Assembly: GCA_963843975.1 (NCBI GenBank)
Contig: CAWJMG010000003.1
Coordinates: 2,190,001-2,222,000 of the forward strand
DNA length: 32,000 nt
Origin: an uncultured Actinomycetes bacterium
GTDB lineage: Bacteria; Actinomycetota; Actinomycetes; S36-B12; CAIYMF01
Direction: 5' to 3'
The number at the start of each line of letters is the position of its first letter. Position 1 is the first letter of the stretch. The translations under genes and the position numbers were made by a program. The notes beneath the pieces were generated by a model. It saw only the letters and a program-made list of their open reading frames with translations, was not told where the DNA came from and did not search any database. This document shows, one piece after another, positions 1 to 17,452 of the stretch.

Positions 1-1593
<1,593 letters not shown>

Positions 1594-1656
1594 GGTGAGG
1601 GCTCCGAATCCGAAGTTGTCTGTGGGTCTGGGTGCTGCTCGGGACGAGCGGCGGGT

Positions 1657-2127
1657 CTACCAGCGGTAGTGCGCGAAGGCCTTGTTCGACTCGGCCATCT
1701 TGTGCATGTCCTCGCGGCGCTTGACGCTCGCACCGAGGCCGTTGCTGGCGTCGAGCAGCTCGTTCATGAGGCGCTCGGTCATGGTCTTCTCGCGACGCTG
1801 GCGCGAGAAGGTGATCAGCCAGCGCAGCGCCAGCGTGGTGCTGCGGCCGGGGCGGACCTCGACGGGGACCTGGTAGGTCGCACCGCCGACGCGGCGGCTG
1901 CGGACCTCGAGGGTCGGCTTGACGTTGTCCATCGCGCGCTTGAGCGTGACGACGGGGTCGGTGCCGGTCTTCTCGCGGCAGCCCTCGAGCGCGCCGTAGA
2001 CGATGCGCTCAGCGGTGGACTTCTTGCCGTCGAGCAGCACCTTGTTGATCAGCTGCGTGACGAGCGGCGAGCCGTAGACCGGGTCGACGACGATCGGACG
2101 CTTCGGAGCGGGGCCCTTGCGAGGCAT
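1657..2127 (-). CDS. rpsG: 30S ribosomal protein S7
   Basis: 156 aa, [48 protein letters not shown]...[10 protein letters not shown]. The ATG at 2127 overlaps the rpsL stop (ATGA). The track ORF 1657..2694 is only an in-frame upstream extension. Confidence 0.98.
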   Translation of the reverse strand: MPRKGPAPKRPIVVDPVYGSPLVTQLINKVLLDGKKSTAERIVYGALEGCREKTGTDPVVTLKRAMDNVKPTLEVRSRRVGGATYQVPVEVRPGRSTTLALRWLITFSRQRREKTMTERLMNELLDASNGLGASVKRREDMHKMAESNKAFAHYRW

Positions 2128-2501
2128 CAGCTCTTCTCCTTCTTCGCGCCGTAGCGGCTGCGAGCCTGCTTGCGGTTCTTGACGCCCTGGGTGTCGAGCG
2201 CGCCGCGGATGATCTTGTAGCGGACACCGGGGAGGTCCTTCACACGACCACCGCGGACGAGCACGATCGAGTGCTCCTGCAGGTTGTGACCGACACCGGG
2301 GATGTACGCGGTGACCTCGATGCCGCTGGTGAGGCGGACACGAGCGACCTTGCGAAGCGCCGAGTTCGGCTTCTTCGGGGTCGTCGTGTAGACGCGCGTG
2401 CAGACGCCCCGGCGCTGGGGGCTTCCCTTGAGCGCCGGGGTCTTGTTCTTCGAGACCTTGTCCTGCCGGCCCTTGCGGACCAGCTGCTGGATCGTGGGCA
2501 C
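2127..2501 (-). CDS. rpsL: 30S ribosomal protein S12
   Basis: 124 aa from the GTG at 2501: [103 protein letters not shown]. Canonical S12 sequence and str-operon position. Confidence 0.98.
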   Translation of the reverse strand: MPTIQQLVRKGRQDKVSKNKTPALKGSPQRRGVCTRVYTTTPKKPNSALRKVARVRLTSGIEVTAYIPGVGHNLQEHSIVLVRGGRVKDLPGVRYKIIRGALDTQGVKNRKQARSRYGAKKEKS

Positions 2502-2712
2502 TGCGTCTCCGTCGTGTTCGCTGACGTTTCTCGGTCGTCCCGTGCGGTTCTCTGGTGCCTGGTGCACCGACCCCCGCGCTCGGGCGTGTCGCTCTGTGCC
2601 CTTGCGGGCAGCGACGCAGTCTCCCGATATGGAGGTCAGCCGTGCGACGTGGCCACGAAGTCGGGCCGCGCACGCGCGCAGGCACCCGGGACACGCCCAG
2701 GCACAGGGAGAG

Positions 2713-2742
2713 AGACTACCCAGGCACGGAGGCTGGGGTCAA
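2713..2742 (-). promoter_or_regulatory. Candidate housekeeping-sigma promoter of the rpsL-rpsG-fusA operon
   Basis: On the minus strand: TTGACC (2742..2737), 18-nt spacer, TAGTCT (2718..2713, fits TAnnnT). It lies about 210 nt upstream of the rpsL start. Motif match only. Confidence 0.35.
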
Positions 2743-2827
2743 AACGCGGGACCCCGGAGGGACCCTCGCCCGGCGTGTCCCTGCTCACGCCGTACTCAAC
2801 GGACGTTTCCGTCCGGCTATCGGTTGA

Positions 2828-3175
2828 TCAGCCAGATGTCGTCGTTGTGGTGATCGACGCGGTCGCGATGAGCAGGATGAAGCCGAGGATTCCGGCGATG
2901 CACAGGCCGATGTTGATCCAGGACGCGATCTTGGCCCCCTTGACGAGGCCGTCGCCGGTCACCCATCCGCCTGAGGCGTCGATCTCGCGCTGCGCGGAGT
3001 TCGCCAGGAACAGCGCCACGACCGCCGGGATCAACGGGCAGACGAGGAACGAGCAGATCGCCAGCACGAGGGCCACCACGGCGTTGGACGAGGTCCGCGG
3101 CATCGGGTTGGGCGCCGGCACCGGAGCAGCCCCGTAGCCGGGCGGAGGGGGCGGGGGCGGGTACTGGTCGGACAT
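2828..3175 (-). CDS. Small Pro-rich membrane protein, DUF4190-type (two predicted TM helices)
   Basis: 115 aa from the ATG at 3175: MSDQYPPPPPPPGYGAAPVPAPNPMPRTSSNAVVALVLAICSFLVCPLIPAVVALFLANSAQREIDASGG...IGLCIAGILGFILLIATASITTTTTSG. The Pro-rich N-terminus followed by two hydrophobic helices is typical of actinobacterial DUF4190 proteins. The family name is from memory. Confidence 0.75.
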   Translation of the reverse strand: MSDQYPPPPPPPGYGAAPVPAPNPMPRTSSNAVVALVLAICSFLVCPLIPAVVALFLANSAQREIDASGGWVTGDGLVKGAKIASWINIGLCIAGILGFILLIATASITTTTTSG

Positions 3176-3220
3176 GGGACCACCCAACCACGCGGGGTCC
3201 CGTGGGGAGGCGTGGAAACG

Positions 3221-3260
3221 CCGAGAGGGGCGCCCCGCTCGCGCGGGACGCCCCTCTCGG
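3221..3260 (-). repeat. Inverted repeat / stem-loop between the rpoC terminator and the DUF4190 gene start
   Basis: CCGAGAGGGGCG ... CGCCCCTCTCGG forms a 12-bp outer stem enclosing an inner CCCGC/GCGGG stem. Seen directly. Function unknown; it could be a second terminator or a 5'-UTR element. Confidence 0.5.
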
Positions 3261-3324
3261 GCCGTTCAGTGGCCGTGGATCAGCCCGTATCGCCTCGCTG
3301 CGCTCGGCGAACAGGGCTTGGCTC

Positions 3325-3367
3325 GGAGAGAGCACTCACGCCTCGTTCCTCGGCGTGCGCTCTCTCC
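3325..3367 (-). terminator. Stem-loop immediately downstream of rpoC (probable intrinsic terminator)
   Basis: Minus strand GGAGAGAGCGCACGCC-gaggaacga-GGCGTGAGTGCTCTCTCC: 9 + 6 bp with a small internal bulge, beginning 7 nt after the rpoC stop. Confidence 0.6.
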
Positions 3368-3373
3368 TCACCT

Positions 3374-7253
<3,880 letters not shown>

Positions 7254-7297
7254 TTATGTCCTCACTCGTGGTTCGGTCTCGTCTGGTGTCCGAGGGC

Positions 7298-7326
7298 GCG
7301 GCGGCCGGCTGATAGCCGGCCGCCGC
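7298..7326 (-). promoter_or_regulatory. Perfect 13-bp stem-loop in the rpoB-rpoC intercistronic spacer
   Basis: GCGGCGGCCGGCT-gat-AGCCGGCCGCCGC. It is palindromic, so it folds on either strand. It lies between the rpoB stop (7333) and the rpoC start (7250). Confidence 0.55.
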
Positions 7327-7332
7327 AGCGGC

Positions 7333-10803
<3,471 letters not shown>

Positions 10804-11297
10804 GAGGCATCCTTTCCGAGGCTTCGCGGACCTACGAGCGCGCACGCCGATCACGCCGTGTCCAGCGGACACGGCAGGGAAAGGACAGCGCAAAGCGGCA
10901 GCATACCCACGAGGGCGTGCTGCTGTCGAGTCCCGGTCGTCGGCCTCCGCGGGACATCGTCTCGTCCCGGAGCCCTGCCCTCCGCTCGACAGCGGGCGGT
11001 AGGCGGCTCGCACGGGGCGGACCTCGTCCCACGGGCGTTCCGCCCGGGGGTCTAGCGCGGTCCGATGGTGACCGCACTGAGGGTGGGGAGTCAAGCACCC
11101 CGCCCACATGTGGACGAGTTGGTGCCCTGTTCGTGACCCGAATCCCACCGATATCCGGACAAGAGACCGCCTCACAGCGCTCTGGCGTCCGGTTGGCCTC
11201 CGAGAGGCCGGCAGTGGTGCTCAGTTCCCAACCGCGGCAGCCGTCCGGGCATTCCGAGCCCGGCCGGCGCCGGCCCGCGGGCCCGCTGTGAGACAGC

Positions 11298-11333
11298 GAA
11301 CGGGCGGCACCCCAGCTGGGGTACCGCCCGTTC
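11298..11333 (-). terminator. Stem-loop downstream of rplL (probable terminator/attenuator before rpoB)
   Basis: Minus strand GAACGGGCGGTACCCC-agct-GGGGTGCCGCCCGTTC: 16-bp stem with one mismatch, about 45 nt after the rplL stop. No U-tract, as in many actinobacterial terminators. Confidence 0.6.
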
Positions 11334-11379
11334 GTGCAGTGCGGTGGAGCAGGTCGTGCGGTTCTGGCGTGAGCCGGAA

Positions 11380-11769
11380 CTACTTGACGGTGACCTTGGC
11401 GCCGGCGGCCTCGAGGGCCTCCTTGGCCTTGTCCGCGTCGTCCTTCTTGACCTTCTCCAGGACCGGCTTCGGCGCGGCCTCGACGAGGTCCTTGGCCTCC
11501 TTGAGGCCCAGGTTCGTGAGGGTGCGCACCTCCTTGATGACCTGGATCTTCTTGTCGCCGGCGTCCTCGAGGATGACGTCGAACTCGTCCTGGACCTCGG
11601 CCTCCTCGGCGGCAGCGCCACCGCCGGCGCCCGGCGCGGCGGCCATGGCGACGGGAGCGGCCGCGGTGACCTCGAAGGTCTCCTCGAACTGCTTCACGAA
11701 CTCGGAGAGCTCGATGAGGGTCATCTCCTTGAAAGCCTCAAGGAGCTCGTCGGTGCTGAGCTTCGCCAT
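11380..11769 (-). CDS. rplL: 50S ribosomal protein L7/L12
   Basis: 129 aa: [39 protein letters not shown]...[56 protein letters not shown]. Confidence 0.98.
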   Translation of the reverse strand: MAKLSTDELLEAFKEMTLIELSEFVKQFEETFEVTAAAPVAMAAAPGAGGGAAAEEAEVQDEFDVILEDAGDKKIQVIKEVRTLTNLGLKEAKDLVEAAPKPVLEKVKKDDADKAKEALEAAGAKVTVK

Positions 11770-11837
11770 GATCGGCGTTCCTTCCTGGTTGCTGTGCGTG
11801 CGGCCGGTGCCGACGTACGTCTCGGGTGGAGTGGGCG

Positions 11838-12575
11838 TCAGCCCTCGGTGGTCTCGTCGGCCTCGGCCGCAGCCTCGGCAACGACCTCGTCAGCGGCGTC
11901 GGCGGGAGCCTCGGCAGCCTCAGCGGTCTCGACGACGGCGTCCTCGACGACCTCGGCGGCGTCCGCGGCGTCAGCAGCGGGCTCCTCCTCGGCAGCAGGG
12001 GCAGCCTCGGCAGCAGGAGCGGCTGCAGCAGCAGCGCCCGCACCACCGATGACCGAGGGGTCGGCCTCGGCCTTGACACGCAGGGCCTCGATCGTGCGAG
12101 CGGCCTGCGCGAGCGGGGCCTGGAAGAGCGCGGCTGCCTGCGACAGCGACGCCTTCATGGCACCCGCGAGCTTCGCGAGGAGAACCTCGCGCGACTCGAG
12201 ATCCGCGAGCTTGGAGATCTCGGCGGCGGACAGCGTCTTGCCGTCCATGTAGCCGCCCTTGATCACCAGGAGCGGGTTTGCCTTGGCGAAGTCACGCAGA
12301 CCCTTGGCGGCCTCGACCGGGTCGCCCTTGACGAACGCGAGTGCGGAGGGGCCGGCGAGCAGGTCGTCGAGACCCTCGACGCCCGCCTCCTTCGCAGCGA
12401 TCTTGGTCAGCGTGTTCTTCACCACGGCGTAGCTGGTGGTCTCACCCAGCGAACGGCGCAGGGTCTTCATCTGCGCCACGGTGAGTCCGCGGTACTCGGT
12501 CAGCACGGTTGCGGTCGAGGTGCGGAAGTTCTCCGCGATCGCCGCGACGTCGGCTGCCTTGTCGGGCCGCGCCAT
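11838..12575 (-). CDS. rplJ: 50S ribosomal protein L10 with a long acidic Ala/Glu-rich C-terminal extension
   Basis: 245 aa from the ATG at 12575 (RBS GGAAGGAG): [65 protein letters not shown]... The last ~67 aa are low-complexity ([67 protein letters not shown]). Confidence 0.93.
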   Translation of the reverse strand: MARPDKAADVAAIAENFRTSTATVLTEYRGLTVAQMKTLRRSLGETTSYAVVKNTLTKIAAKEAGVEGLDDLLAGPSALAFVKGDPVEAAKGLRDFAKANPLLVIKGGYMDGKTLSAAEISKLADLESREVLLAKLAGAMKASLSQAAALFQAPLAQAARTIEALRVKAEADPSVIGGAGAAAAAAPAAEAAPAAEEEPAADAADAAEVVEDAVVETAEAAEAPADAADEVVAEAAAEADETTEG

Positions 12576-12763
12576 GGTTCTCCTTCCAGTGGTACCGCCG
12601 AGAAGTGCCCGTACATGACAAAAGCCCCGCGCAGGATGCACGGGGCGGCGCCCACCTTCGCGGTGGAGCGTCGTACGGGCACCTGCGCTGGCCCTCCGCA
12701 TGCGGCGGAAGCTTCGGTCGGACCCCTTGCGGGCTCCGACGACCGGCGGTCTTCGGCGTGATG
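12576..12763 (-). promoter_or_regulatory. Structured rplJ 5' leader (L10-leader-like autoregulatory element)
   Basis: Minus-sense RNA: GUGCCCGUAC (12682..12673) pairs with GUACGGGCAC (12614..12605). This pairing encloses two hairpins, CCACC-gcgaa-GGUGG and GCCCCG-ugcauccugcg-CGGGGC-UUUU. The structure ends 30 nt before the rplJ AUG. The position matches the widely distributed L10(L12)4-binding leader. No covariance model could be run. Confidence 0.45.
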
Positions 12764-12791
12764 AGAGTACGTGCTCGGGGCCCGCGGACAA
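12764..12791 (-). promoter_or_regulatory. Candidate promoter of rplJ-rplL
   Basis: Minus strand TTGTCC (12791..12786), 16-nt spacer, TACTCT (12769..12764). Motif match only. Confidence 0.35.
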
Positions 12792-12870
12792 AATCCGTGG
12801 ACCCCGAGGACGGACGTTCGGGGTGTTCGGGTCGATCAGGGTCGTGCAGGCGGTGCGGGCTGGCTCGGCG

Positions 12871-13590
12871 TCAGGCCGAGCCCTCCTCGGACGACATGAG
12901 GTTGCGCGTGCGGTTCGGGTCGACGGGGACGCCGGGGCCCATGGTCGTGGTGACCGTGGCCTTCTTGAGGTAACGGCCCTTGGCGGCGGACGGCTTGAGA
13001 CGCAGCACCTCGTCGAGGGCGGCGGCGTAGTTCTCGACGAGCTGCTCGTCGGTGAAGGACGCCTTGCCGATCACGAAGTGCAGGTTCGAGTGCTTGTCGA
13101 CGCGGAACTCGATCTTGCCGCCCTTGATCTCGGTGACGGCCTTCGCGACGTCCATCGTGACCGTGCCGGTCTTCGGGTTGGGCATGAGGCCGCGCGGGCC
13201 CAGCACCTTGCCGAGACGGCCGACCTTGCCCATGAGGTCGGGGGTCGCGACGGCGGCGTCGAAGTCGGTCCAGCCCGCGGCGACCTTGTCGATCAGCTCG
13301 TCGCCACCGACGACGTCGGCGCCGGCGGCGCGCGCCTCCTCCGCCTTCTCACCGTTGGCGAAGACCAGGACCCGAGCGGTCTTGCCGGTGCCGTGCGGGA
13401 GGTTGACGGTGCCGCGGACCATCTGGTCGGCCTTGCGCGGGTCGACGCCCAGGCGGAAGGCGACCTCGACGGTGGCGTCGAACTTCGCGGGGTTCGTCTC
13501 GCGTGCGAGGCGGACGGCGTCCAGCGGCGCGTAGAGGGCGTCGCGGTCGATCTTCTCCGCGCCTGCGTTGTAGGCCTTGCTGCGCTTCAT
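12871..13590 (-). CDS. rplA: 50S ribosomal protein L1
   Basis: 239 aa: [70 protein letters not shown]... GAGGAG RBS upstream. Confidence 0.98.
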   Translation of the reverse strand: MKRSKAYNAGAEKIDRDALYAPLDAVRLARETNPAKFDATVEVAFRLGVDPRKADQMVRGTVNLPHGTGKTARVLVFANGEKAEEARAAGADVVGGDELIDKVAAGWTDFDAAVATPDLMGKVGRLGKVLGPRGLMPNPKTGTVTMDVAKAVTEIKGGKIEFRVDKHSNLHFVIGKASFTDEQLVENYAAALDEVLRLKPSAAKGRYLKKATVTTTMGPGVPVDPNRTRNLMSSEEGSA

Positions 13591-13715
13591 TGCTGCTCCT
13601 CAGGGAGTCGAGTGAGTCGTGGTCGGACGGGCCGCGCTCGGCCCTGCCACGTCGTGCTGGTCGTGCGGGTGCTGCCGGGGGCCGAAGGGCCCTGCGACGG
13701 CGGTGACGCGGTGCG

Positions 13716-14147
13716 TCAGTCGGTGACGGTCACGCCCATCGAGCGGGCGGTGCCCTCGATGATCGACATCGCGTTCTCGACGTCGTTGGCGTTGAGGTCG
13801 GCCATCTTGGTCTCGGCGATCTCGCGGACCTGCGCCTTGGTGATCGAGGCGACCTTGGTGGTCTTCGGGTTCGCCGCGCCCTTGTCGACGCCCGCGGCCT
13901 TGAGGATCAGGCGGGCAGCCGGCGGGGTCTTGAGCACGAACGTGAACGAGCGGTCCTCGTACACCGTGATCTCGACGGGGATGACCTGACCGCGCTGCGA
14001 CTCGGTCGCGGCGTTGTAGGCCTTGCAGAACTCCATGATGTTGACGCCGTGCTGACCCAGCGCCGGACCGACCGGGGGCGCGGGGTTGGCGGCGCCGGCC
14101 TGGATCTGGAGCTTGATCAGGCCGGAGACCTTCTTCTTCGGGGGCAT
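13716..14147 (-). CDS. rplK: 50S ribosomal protein L11
   Basis: 143 aa from the ATG at 14147: [78 protein letters not shown]... The track ORF to 14645 is an upstream extension. Confidence 0.98.
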   Translation of the reverse strand: MPPKKKVSGLIKLQIQAGAANPAPPVGPALGQHGVNIMEFCKAYNAATESQRGQVIPVEITVYEDRSFTFVLKTPPAARLILKAAGVDKGAANPKTTKVASITKAQVREIAETKMADLNANDVENAMSIIEGTARSMGVTVTD

Positions 14148-14200
14148 GCGTTCGGGTCCTTGCTCGTGATGGGTGCGGACGGCCTGGGCGGGCCGGACGC

Positions 14201-15106
14201 CTAGTTCTTCTGGATCTGGTTGAAACCGAGCTCGACCGGAGTCTCGCGGCCGAAGATCTCCACCAGTCCGGTGACCTTCTGGGCGTCCACGTTGATCTCG
14301 GAGACCGTGGCGTGGAGCGTCGCGAAGGGACCGTCGATGACGGTGACCGAGTCGCCGACCGAGAAGTCGACGGTGATCACCTCGCCGGCCGCGGCGGCGG
14401 CCGGGGAGCCGGGCTTCTTCTCCGGGACCGGGGCGAGGATGTTGACGACCTCGTCCAGGCTGAGCGGCGCGGGCTGGTGCCCGTGGCCGACGAAGCCGGT
14501 GACGCCCGGCGTGTGCCGGACCGTGCCCCAGGAGGCGTCCGTGAGGTCCATGCGGACGAGGACGTAACCCGGGAACTTGTTGCGACGCACCAGCTTGCGC
14601 TGGCCGTTCTTGATCTCGGTGACCTCCTCCATGGGGACCTCGCACTGGAAGATGAGGTCCTCCATGTTCAGGGAGGTGATGCGGCTCTCGAGGTTGGTCT
14701 TGACCTTGTTCTCGTAGCCGGCGTAGCTGTGGATGACGTACCAGTCGCCCAGCTCGGTGCGCATCCGCTCGCGGAAGGCCTCGACGGGGTCGGTGTCGTC
14801 GTCGACGTCGGACACCTCGACCTCGGCGGCCGCAGCCGGCTCGGCGGGGGCCTCGGGCTCGTCGGCCTCGTCGACCTCGGGGGCCTCGTCGACCTCGGGG
14901 ACCTCGTCGGCGACGACGGCGTCGGGCTCGTCGACCTCGTCGTCCGCCTCGTCCATGACGTCGTCGGCCGGGGCCGGGGTGACGTCCGCGGGGACGACGT
15001 CGCTGAAGGTCGCGGCGGGCGCGTCAGCGGCGTCCTCGACGTCGACGCTGCCGCCGTCCACGAGCGCAGGCTCGTCAGGCAGGGCGTCGTACGTGGGCTC
15101 GGACAC
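14201..15106 (-). CDS. nusG: Transcription termination/antitermination factor NusG with a ~110-aa acidic N-terminal extension
   Basis: 301 aa, GTG start at 15106 with a GAGGAG RBS. The NGN/KOW core is [65 protein letters not shown]...[24 protein letters not shown]. Confidence 0.96.
   Translation of the reverse strand: MSEPTYDALPDEPALVDGGSVDVEDAADAPAATFSDVVPADVTPAPADDVMDEADDEVDEPDAVVADEVPEVDEAPEVDEADEPEAPAEPAAAAEVEVSDVDDDTDPVEAFRERMRTELGDWYVIHSYAGYENKVKTNLESRITSLNMEDLIFQCEVPMEEVTEIKNGQRKLVRRNKFPGYVLVRMDLTDASWGTVRHTPGVTGFVGHGHQPAPLSLDEVVNILAPVPEKKPGSPAAAAAGEVITVDFSVGDSVTVIDGPFATLHATVSEINVDAQKVTGLVEIFGRETPVELGFNQIQKN
14864..14899 (-). repeat. Perfect 18-bp in-frame tandem duplication inside the nusG N-terminal extension
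   Basis: GGCCTCGTCGACCTCGGG occurs at 14864..14881 and again at 14882..14899. It encodes the repeated PEVDEA motif. Confidence 0.9.
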
Positions 15107-15154
15107 GGTGCTCCTCGTGCTGGTCTGGTGTGGTGCTCGGGGTGCCGGGTGGCT

Positions 15155-15397
15155 CTAGGAGCCGAAGACCTTGAGGACCAGCTGGCCGAAGCCGTAGTCC
15201 AGGATCCCGACGATCGTGGCGATGATCGTGACGAAGACGATCACGACCCACGTGTAGGTGATGAGCTCCTTGCGCGTGGGCCAGATGACCTTGCGGAGCT
15301 CGGCCACCACCTGGCGGTAGAACAGCGCGAGCCGTGCCCCGAAACCGGGACGGTCCTCGGAGCCGCCCGTGGGGCGCTCGGCGACGGTGTCGCTCAC
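15155..15397 (-). CDS. secE: Preprotein translocase subunit SecE
   Basis: 80 aa from the GTG at 15397 (GAGGA RBS): VSDTVAERPTGGSEDRPGFGARLALFYRQVVAELRKVIWPTRKELITYTWVVIVFVTIIATIVGILDYGFGQLVLKVFGS. Single C-terminal TM helix, upstream of nusG. The longer track ORF would run through tRNA-Trp. Confidence 0.9.
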   Translation of the reverse strand: MSDTVAERPTGGSEDRPGFGARLALFYRQVVAELRKVIWPTRKELITYTWVVIVFVTIIATIVGILDYGFGQLVLKVFGS

Positions 15398-15515
15398 GCG
15401 GTCCTCGCTCGCGTCGTGGGCCGCTGGGCCCGAGATCCGGCCCGACCGGGTGGTCGGTCCGTGGTGCTGCCCGCCGTGAGGCGGGGTGGTGCGCCGGCCA
15501 GGAGGCCGGGTGGAG

Positions 15516-15588
15516 CAGGGCCGGAGGGACTTGAACCCCCAACCGCCGGTTTTGGAGACCGGTGCTCTACCAATTGAGCTACGACCCT
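15516..15588 (-). tRNA. trpT: tRNA-Trp (anticodon CCA)
   Basis: AGGGTCGTAGCTCAATTGGTAGAGCACCGGTCTCCAAAACCGGCGGTTGGGGGTTCAAGTCCCTCCGGCCCTG. Cloverleaf folded by hand: acceptor AGGGTCG/CGGCCCT with one G-U pair, anticodon loop CTCCAAA, GGTTCAAGT T-loop. No encoded 3' CCA. Confidence 0.95.
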
Positions 15589-15775
15589 CGAAGACGCTCC
15601 CTGAGCACGAGCGCATACCGGGTCAAGGCATGCTTGCGCAGGGGTGGACGTCCACCAGGAGGTCCGAGCATACGGGACGCGGAGGCAGCGACCCAAACCG
15701 CCTGCGACCGCCCCGCCCCCCGGCCGCGGGGTACCGGGTCGGCCTATCGCGGCGGGTTGCGGAAGGATGGGGCGC

Positions 15776-16984
15776 ATGACCTCCCAGCAGCGGATCTCGC
15801 ACCGCATCGGCTCCATCGCGGAGTCGGCCACGCTCGCCGTGGACGCCAAGGCCAAGGCCCTCAAGGCCGCCGGGCGCCCGGTCATCGGCTTCGGCGCGGG
15901 CGAGCCGGACTTCCCGACCCCCGACTACATCGTCGCCGCGGCCATCGAGGCCTGCCGCGACCCGAAGTGGCACCGGTACACCCCGGCCGGCGGCCTCCCG
16001 GAGCTCAAGGAGGCGATCGCGGTCAAGACGCTGCGCGACTCCGGCTACCAGGTGAGCGCCAGCCAGGTCCTCGTGACCAACGGCGGCAAGCAGGCGCTCT
16101 ACAACGCCTTCGCGGCCCTGCTCGACCCGGGCGACGAGGCGCTGCTGCCCGCGCCGTACTGGACGACCTACCCCGAGTCGATCCGCCTCGCCGGCGGCGT
16201 CCCGGTCGAGATCCTGACCGACGAGACGTCGGGCTACCGGGTCACGATCGAGCAGCTCGAGGCCGCGCTCACCCCGCGCACCAAGCTGCTGGTGTTCGTC
16301 TCGCCGTCCAACCCGACCGGCGCGGTCTACTCCCCCGCCGAGGTCGAGGCGATCGGCCGTTGGGCCGTCTCGAAGGGCATCTGGGTCGTCACCGACGAGA
16401 TCTACGAGCACCTGGTCTACGGCGACGCCGAGTTCGCCTCGATGCCCACGCTCGTGCCCGAGCTCGCCGACCGCTGCGTGGTCGTGAACGGCGTGGCCAA
16501 GACCTACGCCATGACCGGCTGGCGCGTGGGCTGGATCGTCGGCCCCCAGGACGTCGTGAAGGCGGCCACCAACCTGCAGTCGCACGCCACGTCGAACGTC
16601 GCCAACGTGTCGCAGGTGGCCGCTCTGGCCGCCGTCTCCGGCGACCTCACCGCCGTGGCCGAGATGCGTACCGCGTTCGACCGCCGCCGCCAGGCCATCG
16701 CCGCCATCCTCGACGCCGTCGACGGCGTCACCTGCCCGCTGCCCGAGGGTGCGTTCTACGTCTACCCGTCGGTCAAGGGGGTCCTCGGTCGGACGATCCG
16801 CGGCCGGGTCGCCGACTCCTCGGCCGAGCTCGCCGCGATCATCCTCGACGAGGCCGAGGTGGCGGTCGTGCCGGGCGAGGCGTTCGGCACGCCCGGCTAC
16901 CTCCGTCTGTCGTACGCCCTCGGCGACGACGACCTGCGCGAGGGCGCGACCCGCATCGCGAACCTCCTCGGCGAGGTGCAGTAG
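15776..16984 (+). CDS. aspC: Pyridoxal-phosphate-dependent aspartate aminotransferase (class I)
   Basis: 402 aa from the ATG at 15776 (GGAAGGA RBS): [53 protein letters not shown]...[10 protein letters not shown]...[16 protein letters not shown] (PLP-lysine motif). Same position next to secE as in Streptomyces. Confidence 0.9.
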   Translation: MTSQQRISHRIGSIAESATLAVDAKAKALKAAGRPVIGFGAGEPDFPTPDYIVAAAIEACRDPKWHRYTPAGGLPELKEAIAVKTLRDSGYQVSASQVLVTNGGKQALYNAFAALLDPGDEALLPAPYWTTYPESIRLAGGVPVEILTDETSGYRVTIEQLEAALTPRTKLLVFVSPSNPTGAVYSPAEVEAIGRWAVSKGIWVVTDEIYEHLVYGDAEFASMPTLVPELADRCVVVNGVAKTYAMTGWRVGWIVGPQDVVKAATNLQSHATSNVANVSQVAALAAVSGDLTAVAEMRTAFDRRRQAIAAILDAVDGVTCPLPEGAFYVYPSVKGVLGRTIRGRVADSSAELAAIILDEAEVAVVPGEAFGTPGYLRLSYALGDDDLREGATRIANLLGEVQ

Positions 16985-16996
16985 CAGCACGACGTT

Positions 16997-17036
16997 CGAC
17001 GAAGGCCCCCGACCGCGTGGTCGGGGGCCTTCGTCG
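16997..17036. terminator. Bidirectional terminator hairpin between convergent aspC and the SHOCT gene
   Basis: CGACGAAGGCCCCCGACC-gcgt-GGTCGGGGGCCTTCGTCG: perfect 18-bp stem, 12 nt after the aspC stop and 10 nt after the SHOCT-gene stop. Confidence 0.8.
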
Positions 17037-17045
17037 TACGTGCGA

Positions 17046-17441
17046 TCAGCCGAGGAGCTTGGCCTTGGCGGCCGCGAACTCCTCGTCCGACAGGATGCCG
17101 GCGCCCTTGAGCTCGGCGAGCTTGGTGAGCTCGGCGACGACGTCGACCGCGCCGGCCGGCGCCGCGGGGGCGGCTGCCGGAGCTGCCGCAGCGGCCTGCT
17201 GCGCGGCCTGGGCCGCGAGGGCGGCCTGCACCTGGGCGTCGATCTGCGCCTGCTGGGCGGCCGCGGCCTCCTGGGCGTGGTACTGGGCGAGCTCGGCCTC
17301 GTTGGCGGCATTCTGCTGCTGCGCCTGCGCCTTGCCCATCTGCTTGCGCTGCATCGATCCGCTCACCGCGGTGGCGGTGCCTGCGATGACGGCCGTACGG
17401 GCCATGGTCCCGACCAGGCCGGGGCGTCCTCCACGTCGCAT
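17046..17441 (-). CDS. SHOCT-domain protein with a Gln/Ala-rich linker
   Basis: 131 aa, ATG at 17441 with a GAGGGA RBS. The C-terminus VDVVAELTKLAELKGAGILSDEEFAAAKAKLLG matches the SHOCT short C-terminal oligomerisation motif. The centre is low-complexity Q/A-rich. Confidence 0.75.
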   Translation of the reverse strand: MRRGGRPGLVGTMARTAVIAGTATAVSGSMQRKQMGKAQAQQQNAANEAELAQYHAQEAAAAQQAQIDAQVQAALAAQAAQQAAAAAPAAAPAAPAGAVDVVAELTKLAELKGAGILSDEEFAAAKAKLLG

Positions 17442-17452
17442 GTCTGTCCCTC

